A stretch of DNA of 64,000 bases from an uncultured Gammaproteobacteria bacterium (GCA_947085345.1 CAMTWC010000016.1:5657-69656); one strand, 5' to 3'; positions 10,392 to 23,814 are shown, counted from the stretch's first letter. Translations and numbers: made by a program. The notes: a model not told the origin generated them from the sequence alone.

Positions 10392-11011
10392 TGGGCACGG
10401 TTCTGCGCAAACCCAAGGCGTGGATTGCGCTGCTGTGCCTGCTGCCGCTGATGCGGCTGATCGTTCTGGGGGTAGGCGGCGGCCTGGGGGCGAATCCCAT
10501 CGAGTTCATCACGCGATCGACCGGCACCTGGACCCTGGTCGGCCTGCTGGTGACCCTGTCCGTCACCCCCTTGCGGCAGCTGAGCGGGCGTGCCGGCCTC
10601 ATCCGCTACCGGCGCATGCTGGGGCTGTTCAGCTTCTTCTATGCCTGCCTGCATTTCGTCACCTACCTCTGGCTTGACCAGTTCTTCGACCCGGCGGCCA
10701 TCGCCCGTGACATCGTCAAACGTCCTTTCATCACCGTCGGTTTCACCGCTTTCGTCCTTCTCATCCCACTTGCTGCGACCTCGAACCACGCCATGATGCG
10801 CCGCCTCGGCCGTCGCTGGCAGTTGCTGCATCGCCTGATTTACCTCATCGCCGTGCTGGGGGTCATCCACTACCTGTGGCTGGTGAAGAAGGATCTCACC
10901 GAACCCCTGATCTATGGCGGAATACTCGCCCTCCTGCTGGCCGTGCGGCTGCCATGGGGCGTGGCCTTGCTGCAGGGCGCCCGCAATCGCTGGGTGCCGG
11001 CCAGATCCTGA
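10391..11011 (+). CDS. msrQ: Methionine-sulfoxide reductase heme-binding membrane subunit
   Basis: LGANPIEFIT, RRMLGLFSFFYACLHF, W-Q-L-LHRLIY; TGA/ATG overlap with msrP. Confidence 0.94.
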   Translation: MGTVLRKPKAWIALLCLLPLMRLIVLGVGGGLGANPIEFITRSTGTWTLVGLLVTLSVTPLRQLSGRAGLIRYRRMLGLFSFFYACLHFVTYLWLDQFFDPAAIARDIVKRPFITVGFTAFVLLIPLAATSNHAMMRRLGRRWQLLHRLIYLIAVLGVIHYLWLVKKDLTEPLIYGGILALLLAVRLPWGVALLQGARNRWVPARS

Positions 11012-11034
11012 ATCTGGCGAGGCGGCGCAGCAAT

Positions 11035-11094
11035 AAAAAACGGGGGACAAGCCCCCGGCCGCGGCACAAAAAAACGGGGGACAAGCCCCCGTTT
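11035..11094 (-). terminator. Two tandem intrinsic terminators for the histone-like gene
   Basis: The 23-nt unit AAAAAACGGGGGACAAGCCCCCG occurs at 11035 and 11069; on the minus strand each is a GC hairpin followed by a U-tract. Confidence 0.85.
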
Positions 11095-11118
11095 CAGATT
11101 GGGCAGTGCCCGACCTGT

Positions 11119-11532
11119 TTAAAGCCCGAACGGCTTGATGACCGGTACCGCCGGTGCGGGTGCAGGTGCCGGAGCCGGCGCGGGTTTGGCGACCGGGGCC
11201 ACTTTCTTCGCAACAGGCTTTTTGGCGGGAGCCGCTTTCTTCGCTACCGGTTTGGCAGCGGGCTTTTTGGCCGGAGCGGCTTTCTTGGCTACGGGCTTTT
11301 TGGCGGCGACTGCCTTTTTAGCCGGGGCGGCCTTTTTGGCTGCCGGCTTGGCGGCGGCTTTCTTGGCCACGGGCTTTTTGGCGGCGACTGCCTTTTTAGC
11401 CGGGGCGGCCTTTTTGGCTGCCGGCTTGGCGGCGGCTTTCTTGGCTACGGGCTTTTTGGCGGCGACTGCCTTTTTAGCCGGGGCGGCCTTTTTGGCTGCC
11501 GGCTTGGCGGCGGGTTTTTTTACTGTTGCCAT
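11119..11532 (-). CDS. Histone H1-like Lys/Ala/Pro-rich nucleoid protein
   Basis: 137 aa made almost entirely of KKPAAK/KKAAPAKK repeats, as in AlgP/BpH2/Hc2-type proteins. Confidence 0.8.
   Translation of the reverse strand: MATVKKPAAKPAAKKAAPAKKAVAAKKPVAKKAAAKPAAKKAAPAKKAVAAKKPVAKKAAAKPAAKKAAPAKKAVAAKKPVAKKAAPAKKPAAKPVAKKAAPAKKPVAKKVAPVAKPAPAPAPAPAPAVPVIKPFGL
11276..11513 (-). repeat. Three tandem copies of a 78-bp coding unit
   Basis: Unit starts at 11276, 11354 and 11432, differing only at GGCTAC vs GGCCAC; encodes KKPVAKKAAAKPAAKKAAPAKKAVAA. Confidence 0.9.
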
Positions 11533-11833
11533 CTATCACTCCTTAGAAGTTGAACACATTCACTCATCACTACAGCTTGAAGCCACGTGCAGTCAGAATT
11601 TGCACTTCCAAAGCGTGGTACCGACAGGCGACCGACTTGCCCGAATCCCGCTAAACACGGGCGATACCGAGGCTCCGCTTGGTGAGCCCCATTCTAGTGA
11701 CTTTTCCTGTGTGTTCAATAAATAGTCAAGGTGACGAGATGATAATTCGATAAAAATTGTCGCAGTCAAGCAAAATGTATTGATACGATACTAAATAAAC
11801 ATCAATTCAGCGACTGGATAGTTTCATTAGAAG

Positions 11834-13078
11834 TCAGTAAGCAAGCCGTTCTCCAGCCATCAGGCTGTCAATTGTTTCGCGCTGACGAATGAGGTGAATT
11901 TCATTCTTGTCGATCAGCACTTCGGCCGCCCGCGGGCGGGAATTGTAGTTCGACGCCATGCTCATACCGTAGGCGCCGGCCGAAAGCAACGCCAGCAGGT
12001 CGCCTTCCTCGATCGCGAGATCGCGCGCAAAGCCAAGAAAATCGCCGGTCTCGCAGATCGGGCCGACGATGTCGTAGCGCTTTTTCGGGATGGGCCGTTC
12101 GTTGACGGCGACGATTTCGTGATACGCCTCGTACAGTGCAGGGCGCATGAGGTCGTTCATCGCCGCATCGACGATGGCGAAGTTCTTGTCCTCGCCCGGC
12201 TTCAGGTACTCGACGCGGCTGAGCAGGAGGCCCGCATTGCCGACCAGCGAGCGTCCGGGTTCCAGCAGCAGCTTCTCGCGGCGGCCGGCAAAGCGCGCCG
12301 CCAGCACGCGGCCATAGGCGGCCAGATCGGGCGGTGTCTCGTCGCGGTAGCGGATGCCGACGCCGCCGCCGAGGTCGATGTGGTGCAGCGTGATGCCTTC
12401 GGCGGCGAGCGCATCGACCAGCGCCAGCACGCGGTCGGCGGCATCGGCCAGCGGCGACAGGTCGGTCAGCTGCGAGCCGATGTGGCAGTCGATGCCGGTG
12501 ATGGCGAGGTTCGGCAGGCTGGCGGCCAGGCGATACAGCGCGGGCGCGTCGGCAATCGGCACGCCGAACTTGTTTTCCTTGAGTCCGGTGGAGATGTAGG
12601 GATGCGTCTTGGGGTCGACGTCGGGGTTGACGCGGAACGACACCGGCGCGACCTTTCCCAGCTCGCCCGCCATGCGGTTGAGCCGGTGCAGTTCGCTGGC
12701 CGATTCGACGTTGAAGCAGAGGATGCCGGCCTCAAGCGCGGCGCGCATCTCGTCCGCCGTCTTGCCGACGCCTGAGAAAACGATTTTATTGGCGTCCCCG
12801 CCGGCGGCCAGCACGCGGGCGAGCTCGCCGCCGGAGACGATGTCGAAGCCGGCGCCAAGCCGGGCGAACAGGTTGAGGATCGCCAGGCTGGCGTTGGCCT
12901 TGACCGCATAGCAGATCAGGTGGGGTGTGTCGGCAAAGGCGTCGGCATAGGCCTGGTAGGCGCTTTCGAGCGCCTGCCGGGAGTAGACATACAGCGGCGT
13001 GCCGAATCGTTCGGCAAGCGTGTCCAGCGCCACGTCCTCAAGATGGAGGCGGCCATCAATGCGATTCAGGGTATTCAA
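11834..13078 (-). CDS. lysA: Diaminopimelate decarboxylase
   Basis: FGTPLYVYS, YAVKAN (PLP lysine), GFDIVSGGEL, HIGSQ, EPGRSLV, GPICETGD, GAYGMSMASNYNSRPR. Confidence 0.97.
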   Translation of the reverse strand: MNTLNRIDGRLHLEDVALDTLAERFGTPLYVYSRQALESAYQAYADAFADTPHLICYAVKANASLAILNLFARLGAGFDIVSGGELARVLAAGGDANKIVFSGVGKTADEMRAALEAGILCFNVESASELHRLNRMAGELGKVAPVSFRVNPDVDPKTHPYISTGLKENKFGVPIADAPALYRLAASLPNLAITGIDCHIGSQLTDLSPLADAADRVLALVDALAAEGITLHHIDLGGGVGIRYRDETPPDLAAYGRVLAARFAGRREKLLLEPGRSLVGNAGLLLSRVEYLKPGEDKNFAIVDAAMNDLMRPALYEAYHEIVAVNERPIPKKRYDIVGPICETGDFLGFARDLAIEEGDLLALLSAGAYGMSMASNYNSRPRAAEVLIDKNEIHLIRQRETIDSLMAGERLAY

Positions 13079-13200
13079 TTGGAAGTCCGTTGCGGTGCGG
13101 GGGGATTTTCGGGAAGATACAGGTCACCCTTGGAGCCGCAGGCCGTCAGACCAAGCCCGCACAGCAACAGGGACACTATATATACGGTGCGCAGTTTCAT
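13075..13200 (-). CDS. lptM: Small outer-membrane lipoprotein LptM/YifL family
   Basis: 41 aa, lipobox LTAC followed by CGSKGDLYLP; sits between lysA and cyaY as in many proteobacteria. Confidence 0.85.
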   Translation of the reverse strand: MKLRTVYIVSLLLCGLGLTACGSKGDLYLPENPPAPQRTSN

Positions 13201-13225
13201 GCGCGAAATGTTAGCACGGGACACC

Positions 13226-13534
13226 ATGACTGAAATTGAATTCAACCAGGCCGCCGGCGCGACCCTGGCCCGCATCGAACAGGTGCTGGAAGACGCCGAT
13301 CTGGATTTCGAGACGCCGGCCGACGGCATCATCGAGGTCGAGTTCGACGACGGCAGCAAGATCATCATCAACCGCCACGGGGTTGCGCGCGAAATCTGGG
13401 TGGCCGCGCGCTCGGGCGGCTTCCACTTCAAGCCGCAGGACGCCGGCTGGGTCGACACCAAAAGCGGCGAGCCGCTGTACGACAAGCTGGCCGCGCTGAT
13501 CGCCGCGCAAGGCGGCGTCATGGTCCGTTTCTGA
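13226..13534 (+). CDS. cyaY: Iron donor protein CyaY (frataxin)
   Basis: MTEIEF, DGIIEVEFDDGSKIIINRH, EIWVAARSGGFHF. Confidence 0.93.
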   Translation: MTEIEFNQAAGATLARIEQVLEDADLDFETPADGIIEVEFDDGSKIIINRHGVAREIWVAARSGGFHFKPQDAGWVDTKSGEPLYDKLAALIAAQGGVMVRF

Positions 13535-13547
13535 AACCTGAACACTT

Positions 13548-14138
13548 TTGAAAAGCCAGGCGCTCACCCTGTTCGATCTGGTCGAGCGGCTGTCGCTCTT
13601 GACCCGGGCCGACTTGCGGCAGGCAGGGGCGGCGCAGGGGCTGCAGCCGGTGCACCTGCAGGTGCTGTTTTATCTCAACCAGGCCAATCGCTTCAGCAAC
13701 ACGCCGCAGGCGCTGACCGAATACCTCGGCCTGACCAAGGGCACGGTATCGCAGACGGTGCTGGTGCTGGCGCGCCGGCGTTTGATTTCGCGCTACGCCG
13801 ATCCTCGCGATGGGCGGGTGGTGCGGCTGATTCTGACCGAGGGCGGCACCAACCTGCTGAAGACGCTGAGCGCCGGGGGCGCCTGGCGCGATATCGTGCA
13901 GACCGCGAGTCCGGCGCGGGTGACATCGGCGATGGTGGTGTTGCGGCAGGTGCTGGCCCAAGTGCAGGCGCAAAGCGGAAAACGCACCTTCGGCGTGTGC
14001 GCGACCTGCCGCCACAACCAGCGGCTGGGACCGCGCAGCTATTTTTGCGGGTTGATGCAGGAAAAGCTTTCCAGCCCCGAGGTGCGGCGGATCTGCCGCG
14101 AGCACGCGCCGCCGGTGCGGATTGAGCCTCCTGCTTAG
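13548..14138 (+). CDS. MarR-family winged-helix regulator with Cys-rich C-terminal extension
   Basis: [13 protein letters not shown]...[16 protein letters not shown]...[13 protein letters not shown]; C-terminal CATC-x12-C-x15-CREH; TTG start 13 nt after cyaY. Confidence 0.8.
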   Translation: MKSQALTLFDLVERLSLLTRADLRQAGAAQGLQPVHLQVLFYLNQANRFSNTPQALTEYLGLTKGTVSQTVLVLARRRLISRYADPRDGRVVRLILTEGGTNLLKTLSAGGAWRDIVQTASPARVTSAMVVLRQVLAQVQAQSGKRTFGVCATCRHNQRLGPRSYFCGLMQEKLSSPEVRRICREHAPPVRIEPPA

Positions 14139-15535
14139 ATTCGCTGCCGCGCACGAGCGATGGCCGCGCGCACCTGGGCCGGCGCGGTGCCGCCAAAATG
14201 GTTGCGGGCAGCAAGCGAGCCTTCCAGCGTCAGCACGGCATAGACATCCTCCGCAATGATCGGGCTGAACGCCTGCAATTCTGAAAGCGGCAGATCGGCC
14301 AGATCGCGTCCGCTGGTGTCGGCCGCCCGCACTGCCCGCGCCACGACTTCGTGCGCATCGCGGAAGGGCACCCCCTTTTTCACCAGGTAATCGGCCAGAT
14401 CGGTGGCGGTGGCGAAGCCCTGCATCACCGCGGCACGCATGGCCTCCGGCTTGACCGTCACCCCGCGCAGCATGTCGGCGTAGATCGCCAGGGTGTCGGT
14501 CAGCGTGTCGACGGTGTCGAACAAGGGCTCCTTGTCCTCCTGGTTGTCCTTGTTGTACGCCAGCGGCTGGCCCTTCATCAGGGTCAGCAGGGCGACCAGA
14601 TGGCCGTTGACCCGCCCGGTCTTGCCACGCACCAGTTCGGGCACGTCCGGATTCTTCTTCTGCGGCATGATGGAGGAGCCGGTGCAGAAGCGGTCGGCCA
14701 GGTCGATGAAGCCGAAGCGTGGGCTCATCCACAGGATCAGTTCTTCCGACAGGCGCGACAGGTGGGTCATCACCAAAGCGGCTGCGGCGGTAAATTCGAT
14801 GGCGAAGTCGCGGTCGGAGACGGCGTCGAGCGAGTTCTCGCACACCGCATCGAAGCCGAGCTGGTCGGCGACAAACTGGCGGTCGATCGGGTAGCTGGTG
14901 CCGGCCAGCGCGGCGGCGCCCAGCGGCAGCCGGTTGACGCGGCGGCGGCAGTCGGCCATGCGCTCGGCGTCGCGTGCCAGCATTTCGAAATAGGCCAGGA
15001 GGTGGTGGCCGAAGGTCACCGGTTGCGCCACCTGCAGATGGGTGAAGCCGGGCATCACGGTGTCGGCGTGCTGCTCAGCCAGGTCGACCAGCGAAGCCTG
15101 GCAGGCGCGGAGTCCGCCCAGAATGCGGTCGATCGCGTCGCGCAGGAACAGGCGGATGTCGGTCGCCACCTGGTCGTTGCGCGAGCGCCCGGTGTGCAGG
15201 CGCTTGCCGGCGTCGCCGATTTTCGCGGTCAGCGCGGCTTCGATGTTGAGATGGACGTCTTCCCTGTCCAGCGACCAGTTGAATTGCCCGGCGCGGATAT
15301 CGGCCAGCAGCTCGTCCATGCCGCGCCGGATCGAGTCGAGATCCTCCTTGGACAGCACCCCGACGTGGTGCAACATGGCGGCGTGCGCCAGCGAACCCTG
15401 AATATCGAATTCGGCCAGCCGATAATCGAAGGGAATCGACGCGGTGTAGCGTTTGACGATTTCGGAAACCGGCTCGGAAAACCGGCCGGACCAGGCGGCG
15501 GGCGCGCCGCCCGGCGGCGTCGATGACGTGCTCAT
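14135..15535 (-). CDS. argH: Argininosuccinate lyase
   Basis: [52 protein letters not shown]. Confidence 0.97.
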   Translation of the reverse strand: MSTSSTPPGGAPAAWSGRFSEPVSEIVKRYTASIPFDYRLAEFDIQGSLAHAAMLHHVGVLSKEDLDSIRRGMDELLADIRAGQFNWSLDREDVHLNIEAALTAKIGDAGKRLHTGRSRNDQVATDIRLFLRDAIDRILGGLRACQASLVDLAEQHADTVMPGFTHLQVAQPVTFGHHLLAYFEMLARDAERMADCRRRVNRLPLGAAALAGTSYPIDRQFVADQLGFDAVCENSLDAVSDRDFAIEFTAAAALVMTHLSRLSEELILWMSPRFGFIDLADRFCTGSSIMPQKKNPDVPELVRGKTGRVNGHLVALLTLMKGQPLAYNKDNQEDKEPLFDTVDTLTDTLAIYADMLRGVTVKPEAMRAAVMQGFATATDLADYLVKKGVPFRDAHEVVARAVRAADTSGRDLADLPLSELQAFSPIIAEDVYAVLTLEGSLAARNHFGGTAPAQVRAAIARARQRI

Positions 15536-15549
15536 GGGGCAAACGGGGA

Positions 15550-16596
15550 ATGAAAAGAAAGAATCATAACAACCGGCAGGTCGAATTGCCGAACTTCTGT
15601 CACCTGGGAGTAAACCTGCGCATCGCGCTGACGGTGGAAGCGGTACTGGTGGCCGGGGTGGCGGCGCGCGCGCCGGATGCGCCGTCGTTCTGGGCGGAAT
15701 TCGTCGCGCTGTCGGCGCTGGCGCAGCCGGCGCTGCTGCTGACCCTGCTGGCGCTGTGCGCGGGGGGGCGCTGGCTGCGCAGCCAGCCCTATCGGCAGGG
15801 CGTCGGATTCACGCTGGCGCTGGGCATGATCGTGCCGCTGCTGACGGCGCTGTGGCTGAGCCCGCTGGTGGCCGGGTCGCAGCCGGTTCCGCTGGCCGGC
15901 GTGGCCGTCTTTGCCTTGCTGACCGGCGCAGGCCTCTTGGCCTACTTCAATCTGCGCGCCCGCGCGCTGTCGCCCGCCATCACCGAGGCGCGGCTGCAGG
16001 CCCTGCAGGCACGCATCCGTCCGCATTTCCTGTTCAACAGCCTGAACGCCGTGCTGTCGCTGGTGCGCAGCGACCCGCGCCGCGCCGAGCGGGCGCTGGA
16101 AAACATGGCCGACCTGTTCCGCGCGCTGATGGGCAACGCCCGCCAGCTGACCCCGCTGGAAGACGAGGTGGCGCTCACCCGCGCCTATCTGGAACTGGAG
16201 CAGCTGCGCCTGGGCGATCGCCTGCAGGTGGCCTGGCACATCAAGAAAATGCCGGGCGACGCGCTGATTCCGCCGCTGGTCATCCAGCCGCTGGTGGAAA
16301 ACGCGGTGTATCACGGCATCGAACCGCTGGCGGAGGGCGGCGAAATCAGCCTCAACATCTATCGCAGCGCCGACAAGGTGCACATCGTGGTGCGCAACCC
16401 GATCGCCACCGACGCCAGCCATCACAAGGGCAACCGCATCGCGCTGGACAATATCCGGGAACGCCTGCTGCTGCATTTCGACCTCGACGCCCAGCTCAAG
16501 TTGGAGCCTCTGGGTGCCGTTTATCAGGTGCACATTGTCATTCCCTATACCCGTGAACGCACCCAACCCGCCCCTGCGCGTCCTCATCGTCGATGA
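15550..16596 (+). CDS. algZ: LytS/AlgZ(FimS)-type membrane sensor kinase
   Basis: N-terminal TM segments, [40 protein letters not shown]; divergent from argH as in the Pseudomonas argH-fimS-algR locus. Confidence 0.82.
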   Translation: MKRKNHNNRQVELPNFCHLGVNLRIALTVEAVLVAGVAARAPDAPSFWAEFVALSALAQPALLLTLLALCAGGRWLRSQPYRQGVGFTLALGMIVPLLTALWLSPLVAGSQPVPLAGVAVFALLTGAGLLAYFNLRARALSPAITEARLQALQARIRPHFLFNSLNAVLSLVRSDPRRAERALENMADLFRALMGNARQLTPLEDEVALTRAYLELEQLRLGDRLQVAWHIKKMPGDALIPPLVIQPLVENAVYHGIEPLAEGGEISLNIYRSADKVHIVVRNPIATDASHHKGNRIALDNIRERLLLHFDLDAQLKLEPLGAVYQVHIVIPYTRERTQPAPARPHRR

Positions 16597-17317
16597 CGAG
16601 GCGCCCGCACGCCATCGCTTGCGCGATGTGCTGGCGGATTGTTTCGCCGAACTGCCGGTCGACATCGTTGGCGAAGCCGACAGTGGGCTGGATGCGCTGA
16701 ACCAGGTGCAGCAGCAGCCGGTTGACGTGGTGCTGCTCGATATCCGCATGCCCGGGATGGATGGTCTGGAATGCGCCGCCCACCTCAATCGCCTGGCGGC
16801 ACCGCCCGCCATCATCTTCAGCACGGCCTACGATGCCTATGCCTGCCAGGCATTCGATCTGAATGCCGTTGACTATCTGTTGAAGCCGGTGCGCGCCGAC
16901 CGTCTGGTGCGCGCCCTGTCGCGGGCGCACCGGTTGACTGCGACGGCCCTCGATCACCTGCGCGAGGCGCACCCCAAGGCGCGCACGCACCTGTCGGTCA
17001 ACGAGAAAGGCCGCATCGTGCTGATCCCGGTGGCGGACATCCTCTACCTCAAGGCGGAACTTAAATATGTCACCGTGCGCACCCCTGCCCGCGAATTCCT
17101 CATCGAGGAATCGCTCACCCGGCTCGAGAGCGAATTCGGCGAAGCCTTCCTGCGCATCCATCGCAACTGCCTGGTCGCCGGCGCGCGCATCCGCGAAATC
17201 GGCAAGCTGCCCGGCGAGGACGACGGCCATTTTCTGCGGCTGGACGGGCTGGACGAGCGCTTGATGGTGAGCCGGCGCCAGTACTCCGCCCTGCGCGAAA
17301 GAGTCAGGGATTTTTAG
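16553..17317 (+). CDS. algR: LytTR-family response regulator (AlgR-like)
   Basis: [47 protein letters not shown]; GTG start at 16553 chosen, uncertain. Confidence 0.85.
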   Translation: MNAPNPPLRVLIVDDEAPARHRLRDVLADCFAELPVDIVGEADSGLDALNQVQQQPVDVVLLDIRMPGMDGLECAAHLNRLAAPPAIIFSTAYDAYACQAFDLNAVDYLLKPVRADRLVRALSRAHRLTATALDHLREAHPKARTHLSVNEKGRIVLIPVADILYLKAELKYVTVRTPAREFLIEESLTRLESEFGEAFLRIHRNCLVAGARIREIGKLPGEDDGHFLRLDGLDERLMVSRRQYSALRERVRDF

Positions 17318-17408
17318 GGCGCTGCGGCCTGTTGAACTGACACGAGCAGGATCTGAAATCCCGGCAAAAACAGCAATTCCAGCGATCAAGCACGGTTTTT
17401 ACCCCGGT

Positions 17409-17469
17409 TTGTTGAAAGTAATTTACTTATATATCAACAAGTTGTGCCGCATCTACAACTAAAGTTGTA
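17409..17469. promoter_or_regulatory. AT-rich regulatory region with an IHF consensus site and palindromes
   Basis: TATCAACAAGTTG at 17432-17444 matches WATCAANNNNTTR; TACAACT-AA-AGTTGTA at 17454-17469; TTGTTGA (17409) and TCAACAA (17434) are inverted repeats. Confidence 0.6.
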
Positions 17470-17479
17470 TAGCCAAAAT

Positions 17480-17595
17480 TGGATCCCCTTCGTAGGATGC
17501 ACATGCTTGCTGTTTGCGCTGCAGGCAGGAAGTTCTCCGCAATGAGGGGGTGTCTCCTCCGTTCCGCCGGGTTCGCAAGAGCCCGGCATTTTTTT
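17480..17595 (+). ncRNA. Candidate trans-acting sRNA with an anti-SD motif (UGUCUCCUCC) and intrinsic terminator
   Basis: TGTCTCCTCC at 17551-17560, then GCCGGGTTC-GCAA-GAGCCCGGC hairpin (17566-17587) and T7; no gene lies between algR and this terminator; 5' end estimated. Confidence 0.6.
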
Positions 17596-17619
17596 GCCCG
17601 CGCTCGGTATCATGGCAGC

Positions 17620-18177
17620 ATGAAAAACGACATCCCGGACCTCACCGAAACCGAACTGGCCAGCGAAACCGTCTTCAAGGGCAGGCTGATGCACGTCAAA
17701 TGCGACCGCGTGCGCCTGCCTGATGGCCGCGAATCGACGCGCGAATACATCGTCCATCCCGGCGCCGTCGTCGTCATCCCGGTGTTCGACAACGGCGACC
17801 TGCTGCTGGAACGCCAGCACCGCTACCCGCTGCACCGCGATTTCATCGAGCTGCCGGCAGGCAAGATCGACCCCGGCGAGGACGACCTCACCTGCGCCAA
17901 GCGCGAACTGGAAGAGGAAACCGGCTATACGGCGGGCGAATGGCGCGAAGTCACCACCATCTACCCCTGCATCGGCTATTCGGACGAGCGACTGGCGTTC
18001 TATCTGGCGCGTGGGCTCACGGAAGGCAACCACGGGCGCGACCATGACGAATTCCTGGAAATTCTGCGGGTGCCGTTCGGCGAGGCGATGCAATGGGTGA
18101 AGGACGGCCGCATCTGCGAGACCAAGACCGTGATCGGGCTGTTCTGGCTGGAGAAACTGTTGGGTCAGGGCTGGTGA
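17620..18177 (+). CDS. Nudix hydrolase, ADP-ribose pyrophosphatase-like
   Basis: REYIVHPGAVVV, Nudix box GKIDPGEDDLTCAKRELEEETGY; start set at ATG 17620. Confidence 0.9.
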   Translation: MKNDIPDLTETELASETVFKGRLMHVKCDRVRLPDGRESTREYIVHPGAVVVIPVFDNGDLLLERQHRYPLHRDFIELPAGKIDPGEDDLTCAKRELEEETGYTAGEWREVTTIYPCIGYSDERLAFYLARGLTEGNHGRDHDEFLEILRVPFGEAMQWVKDGRICETKTVIGLFWLEKLLGQGW

Positions 18178-19526
18178 GGCGTGCTATTTCCCAAGCGTTC
18201 GCGTAAATCCGGCGCAGGATAGAACACCCGTTTGCGGCCGCCATGCAGAGTTTCGGTCAGCAAACCCTGGGCGGCAAGCGCGAGCAAATCACCACGGGCG
18301 GTAGCGTAGGCGACCTGATGCGAACGCTGGTGGCTTTCGATAGTGAAATATTCATCGGGGCGCTTCAGCGCATGAGAGAGCAATGCGGTTTGCCGGCGAT
18401 TCAATTGCTTGTCGCGCGTATGCAAGTTTCTAAGTTGCGCGCTTAGTCGGGTTTGCTCGCGTTGCTTTTGCTCAAGATAATCGTAGAGTGCAGCAAGACC
18501 GTCCAGGATGACGCGGGTTTGATACAGCAAAAAATAAGTGGTATCACCTGCATCGGTTTCAGTGAGCAAATAGGCGCGCGCGTACTGTGTTGGTGCTTTC
18601 CTAAGGATGCGCGAAATCGACAGGTACTCTGTCAGCCAATAGCCTTGCCGGGCCATATACCAATAAAACAGGGTGCGCGCCGTTCTGCCGTTGCCGTCGG
18701 CGAAGGGGTGGTCGTAGCCGATCATGAAATGCAGCAGGATGGCGCGCACGACGGGATGGATAAAATTGCCCTCTGAAACCGGAGCATTGGCAAAATCACA
18801 AATCTTTTGCAGGCGTTCAGGGATCTCGCGCGCCAGCGGTGGACGGTGGAGCACCAGCCTTTCGTCGTTCGGCGCGACAACTTCGATATCGTCACGCGTG
18901 CGTAAACGTCCACAATCTTCCGGATATTCCAGCGTGTCTTGGGTCAGAACGCGCTGCAATTCGATGACATGTGCCGGCTCCAGCTTACCTTCACATAGGG
19001 TGCGAATCGTCCGCATCGCCTCGAAGTTGTTGAAAATCATCCGCTCGCTGAGAGTGCGGGGTTTGCGTCCTTCGCGAAGCATGGTTTCAGCGACCCTGCG
19101 CTCGGTGGATGCGCCTTCGAGTTGACTGGAGGTGATGGCCTCCTCGATCAGGCTACCCATCAGATAGCGCCCTTGCTCGGCACGCAGCGCGGCGTTATCG
19201 CTTCCACTGGGTATTAACCCAGCACCCCGGTCGATCTCGTGCAGGTTTTTCAACAAGGGCTCGGGCAAACTGTAATTGAACGGTTTGCCGTGTTTGTCCT
19301 GAAAAGGTAACTCCTGAGCGCTACTGCTGCGCGCCATGCGCAAAGCAAGCCACCAAGTTTTGTGATTGAGTCCTTCGGGCGGCGAACGGTGTCGCAGTTC
19401 GTCCCAGTGCAAGTATTGCCCATTCGCCAAGGGGCCGAGATTGAGTAGGGGAAACCGGGACAGCATCTCGGGGGTTACTGCCATCATCAGTTCATCGATG
19501 GACGGCGAGGATAGCGGGATTCTCAT
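18165..19526 (-). CDS. Fic-domain protein with C-terminal helix-turn-helix
   Basis: Canonical HPFADGNGRTAR motif, EEAITSSQLEGA, C-terminal HQVAYATARGDLLALAAQGLL; noticeably more AT-rich than its neighbours. Confidence 0.9.
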   Translation of the reverse strand: MRIPLSSPSIDELMMAVTPEMLSRFPLLNLGPLANGQYLHWDELRHRSPPEGLNHKTWWLALRMARSSSAQELPFQDKHGKPFNYSLPEPLLKNLHEIDRGAGLIPSGSDNAALRAEQGRYLMGSLIEEAITSSQLEGASTERRVAETMLREGRKPRTLSERMIFNNFEAMRTIRTLCEGKLEPAHVIELQRVLTQDTLEYPEDCGRLRTRDDIEVVAPNDERLVLHRPPLAREIPERLQKICDFANAPVSEGNFIHPVVRAILLHFMIGYDHPFADGNGRTARTLFYWYMARQGYWLTEYLSISRILRKAPTQYARAYLLTETDAGDTTYFLLYQTRVILDGLAALYDYLEQKQREQTRLSAQLRNLHTRDKQLNRRQTALLSHALKRPDEYFTIESHQRSHQVAYATARGDLLALAAQGLLTETLHGGRKRVFYPAPDLRERLGNSTPHQP

Positions 19527-19529
19527 GGA

Positions 19530-19610
19530 TTACTATCAAATTGATGATGATTGATAGTAATTGATACGTCGTCAATTATCAATTTGATTGAAATTGATAA
19601 TAATTGATAG
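19530..19610. promoter_or_regulatory. Operator-like AT-rich array upstream of the Fic gene
   Basis: TTACTATCAA (19530) and TTGATAGTAA (19551) form a perfect 10-bp inverted repeat; ATTGAT recurs at 19540, 19550, 19560, 19593 and 19603. Confidence 0.55.
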
Positions 19611-19635
19611 TGCGCGGCTTCGCGGCTGTGCACAT

Positions 19636-23319
<3,684 letters not shown>

Positions 23320-23417
23320 GGCAGGGAATTAACTGGGCAATCGCGCATTATATTCGGTTGGCGCCAGGCCTTCCGGCGATGCTATGGTGTAGGTATCGAG
23401 CCTAACCGGTGCCTGCC

Positions 23418-23804
23418 ATGAAACATCTTGAGCCTACCGAAGCGCATGCCTTTTTACAGGCGCGCCCTGAAGCGGTATTCATTGACTGCCGCTCGGAAAT
23501 CGAATATCTGTTCGTCGGCCACCCCGTGGGGGCGATCCACATCGCCTGGCAGGACGGCCCTGACTGGGATGTGAATCCAGATTTTCTCGGCCACGCGCGC
23601 AAGGCGGCGTCGGTCAACCGTCCGGTGGTGCTGATCTGCCGCTCGGGCCGCCGTTCGGTGGATGCCGGGCGTTATCTCGAAAAATACGGCTTCCCCGAGG
23701 TGTACAACGTGCTGCACGGGTTTGAGGGCGACATGGATGAGTCGCACCATCGCAGCACGAAAAACGGCTGGCGGTTTGACGGCCTGCCTTGGGAACAGAC
23801 TTGA
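23418..23804 (+). CDS. Single-domain rhodanese/sulfurtransferase
   Basis: FIDCRSEIEYLFVGHP, LICRSGRRS active loop, YNVLHGFEGD, GWRFDGLPWEQ. Confidence 0.9.
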   Translation: MKHLEPTEAHAFLQARPEAVFIDCRSEIEYLFVGHPVGAIHIAWQDGPDWDVNPDFLGHARKAASVNRPVVLICRSGRRSVDAGRYLEKYGFPEVYNVLHGFEGDMDESHHRSTKNGWRFDGLPWEQT

Positions 23805-23814
23805 GTTTGTTTAT

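Noticed and set aside
11276-11513. Possible CRISPR-like array
   Set aside because: Units are contiguous 78-bp coding repeats with no unique spacers, and no cas genes are present
17430-17450. sigma54 promoter on the minus strand (GGCACAACTTGTTG)
   Set aside because: The position 10 nt after GG is TG, not the required GC
23320-23417. SAH or cobalamin riboswitch upstream of metH
   Set aside because: The gap is only about 98 bp, is shared with the divergent rhodanese gene and lacks the conserved aptamer segments; a TATAAT -10 is present on the minus strand
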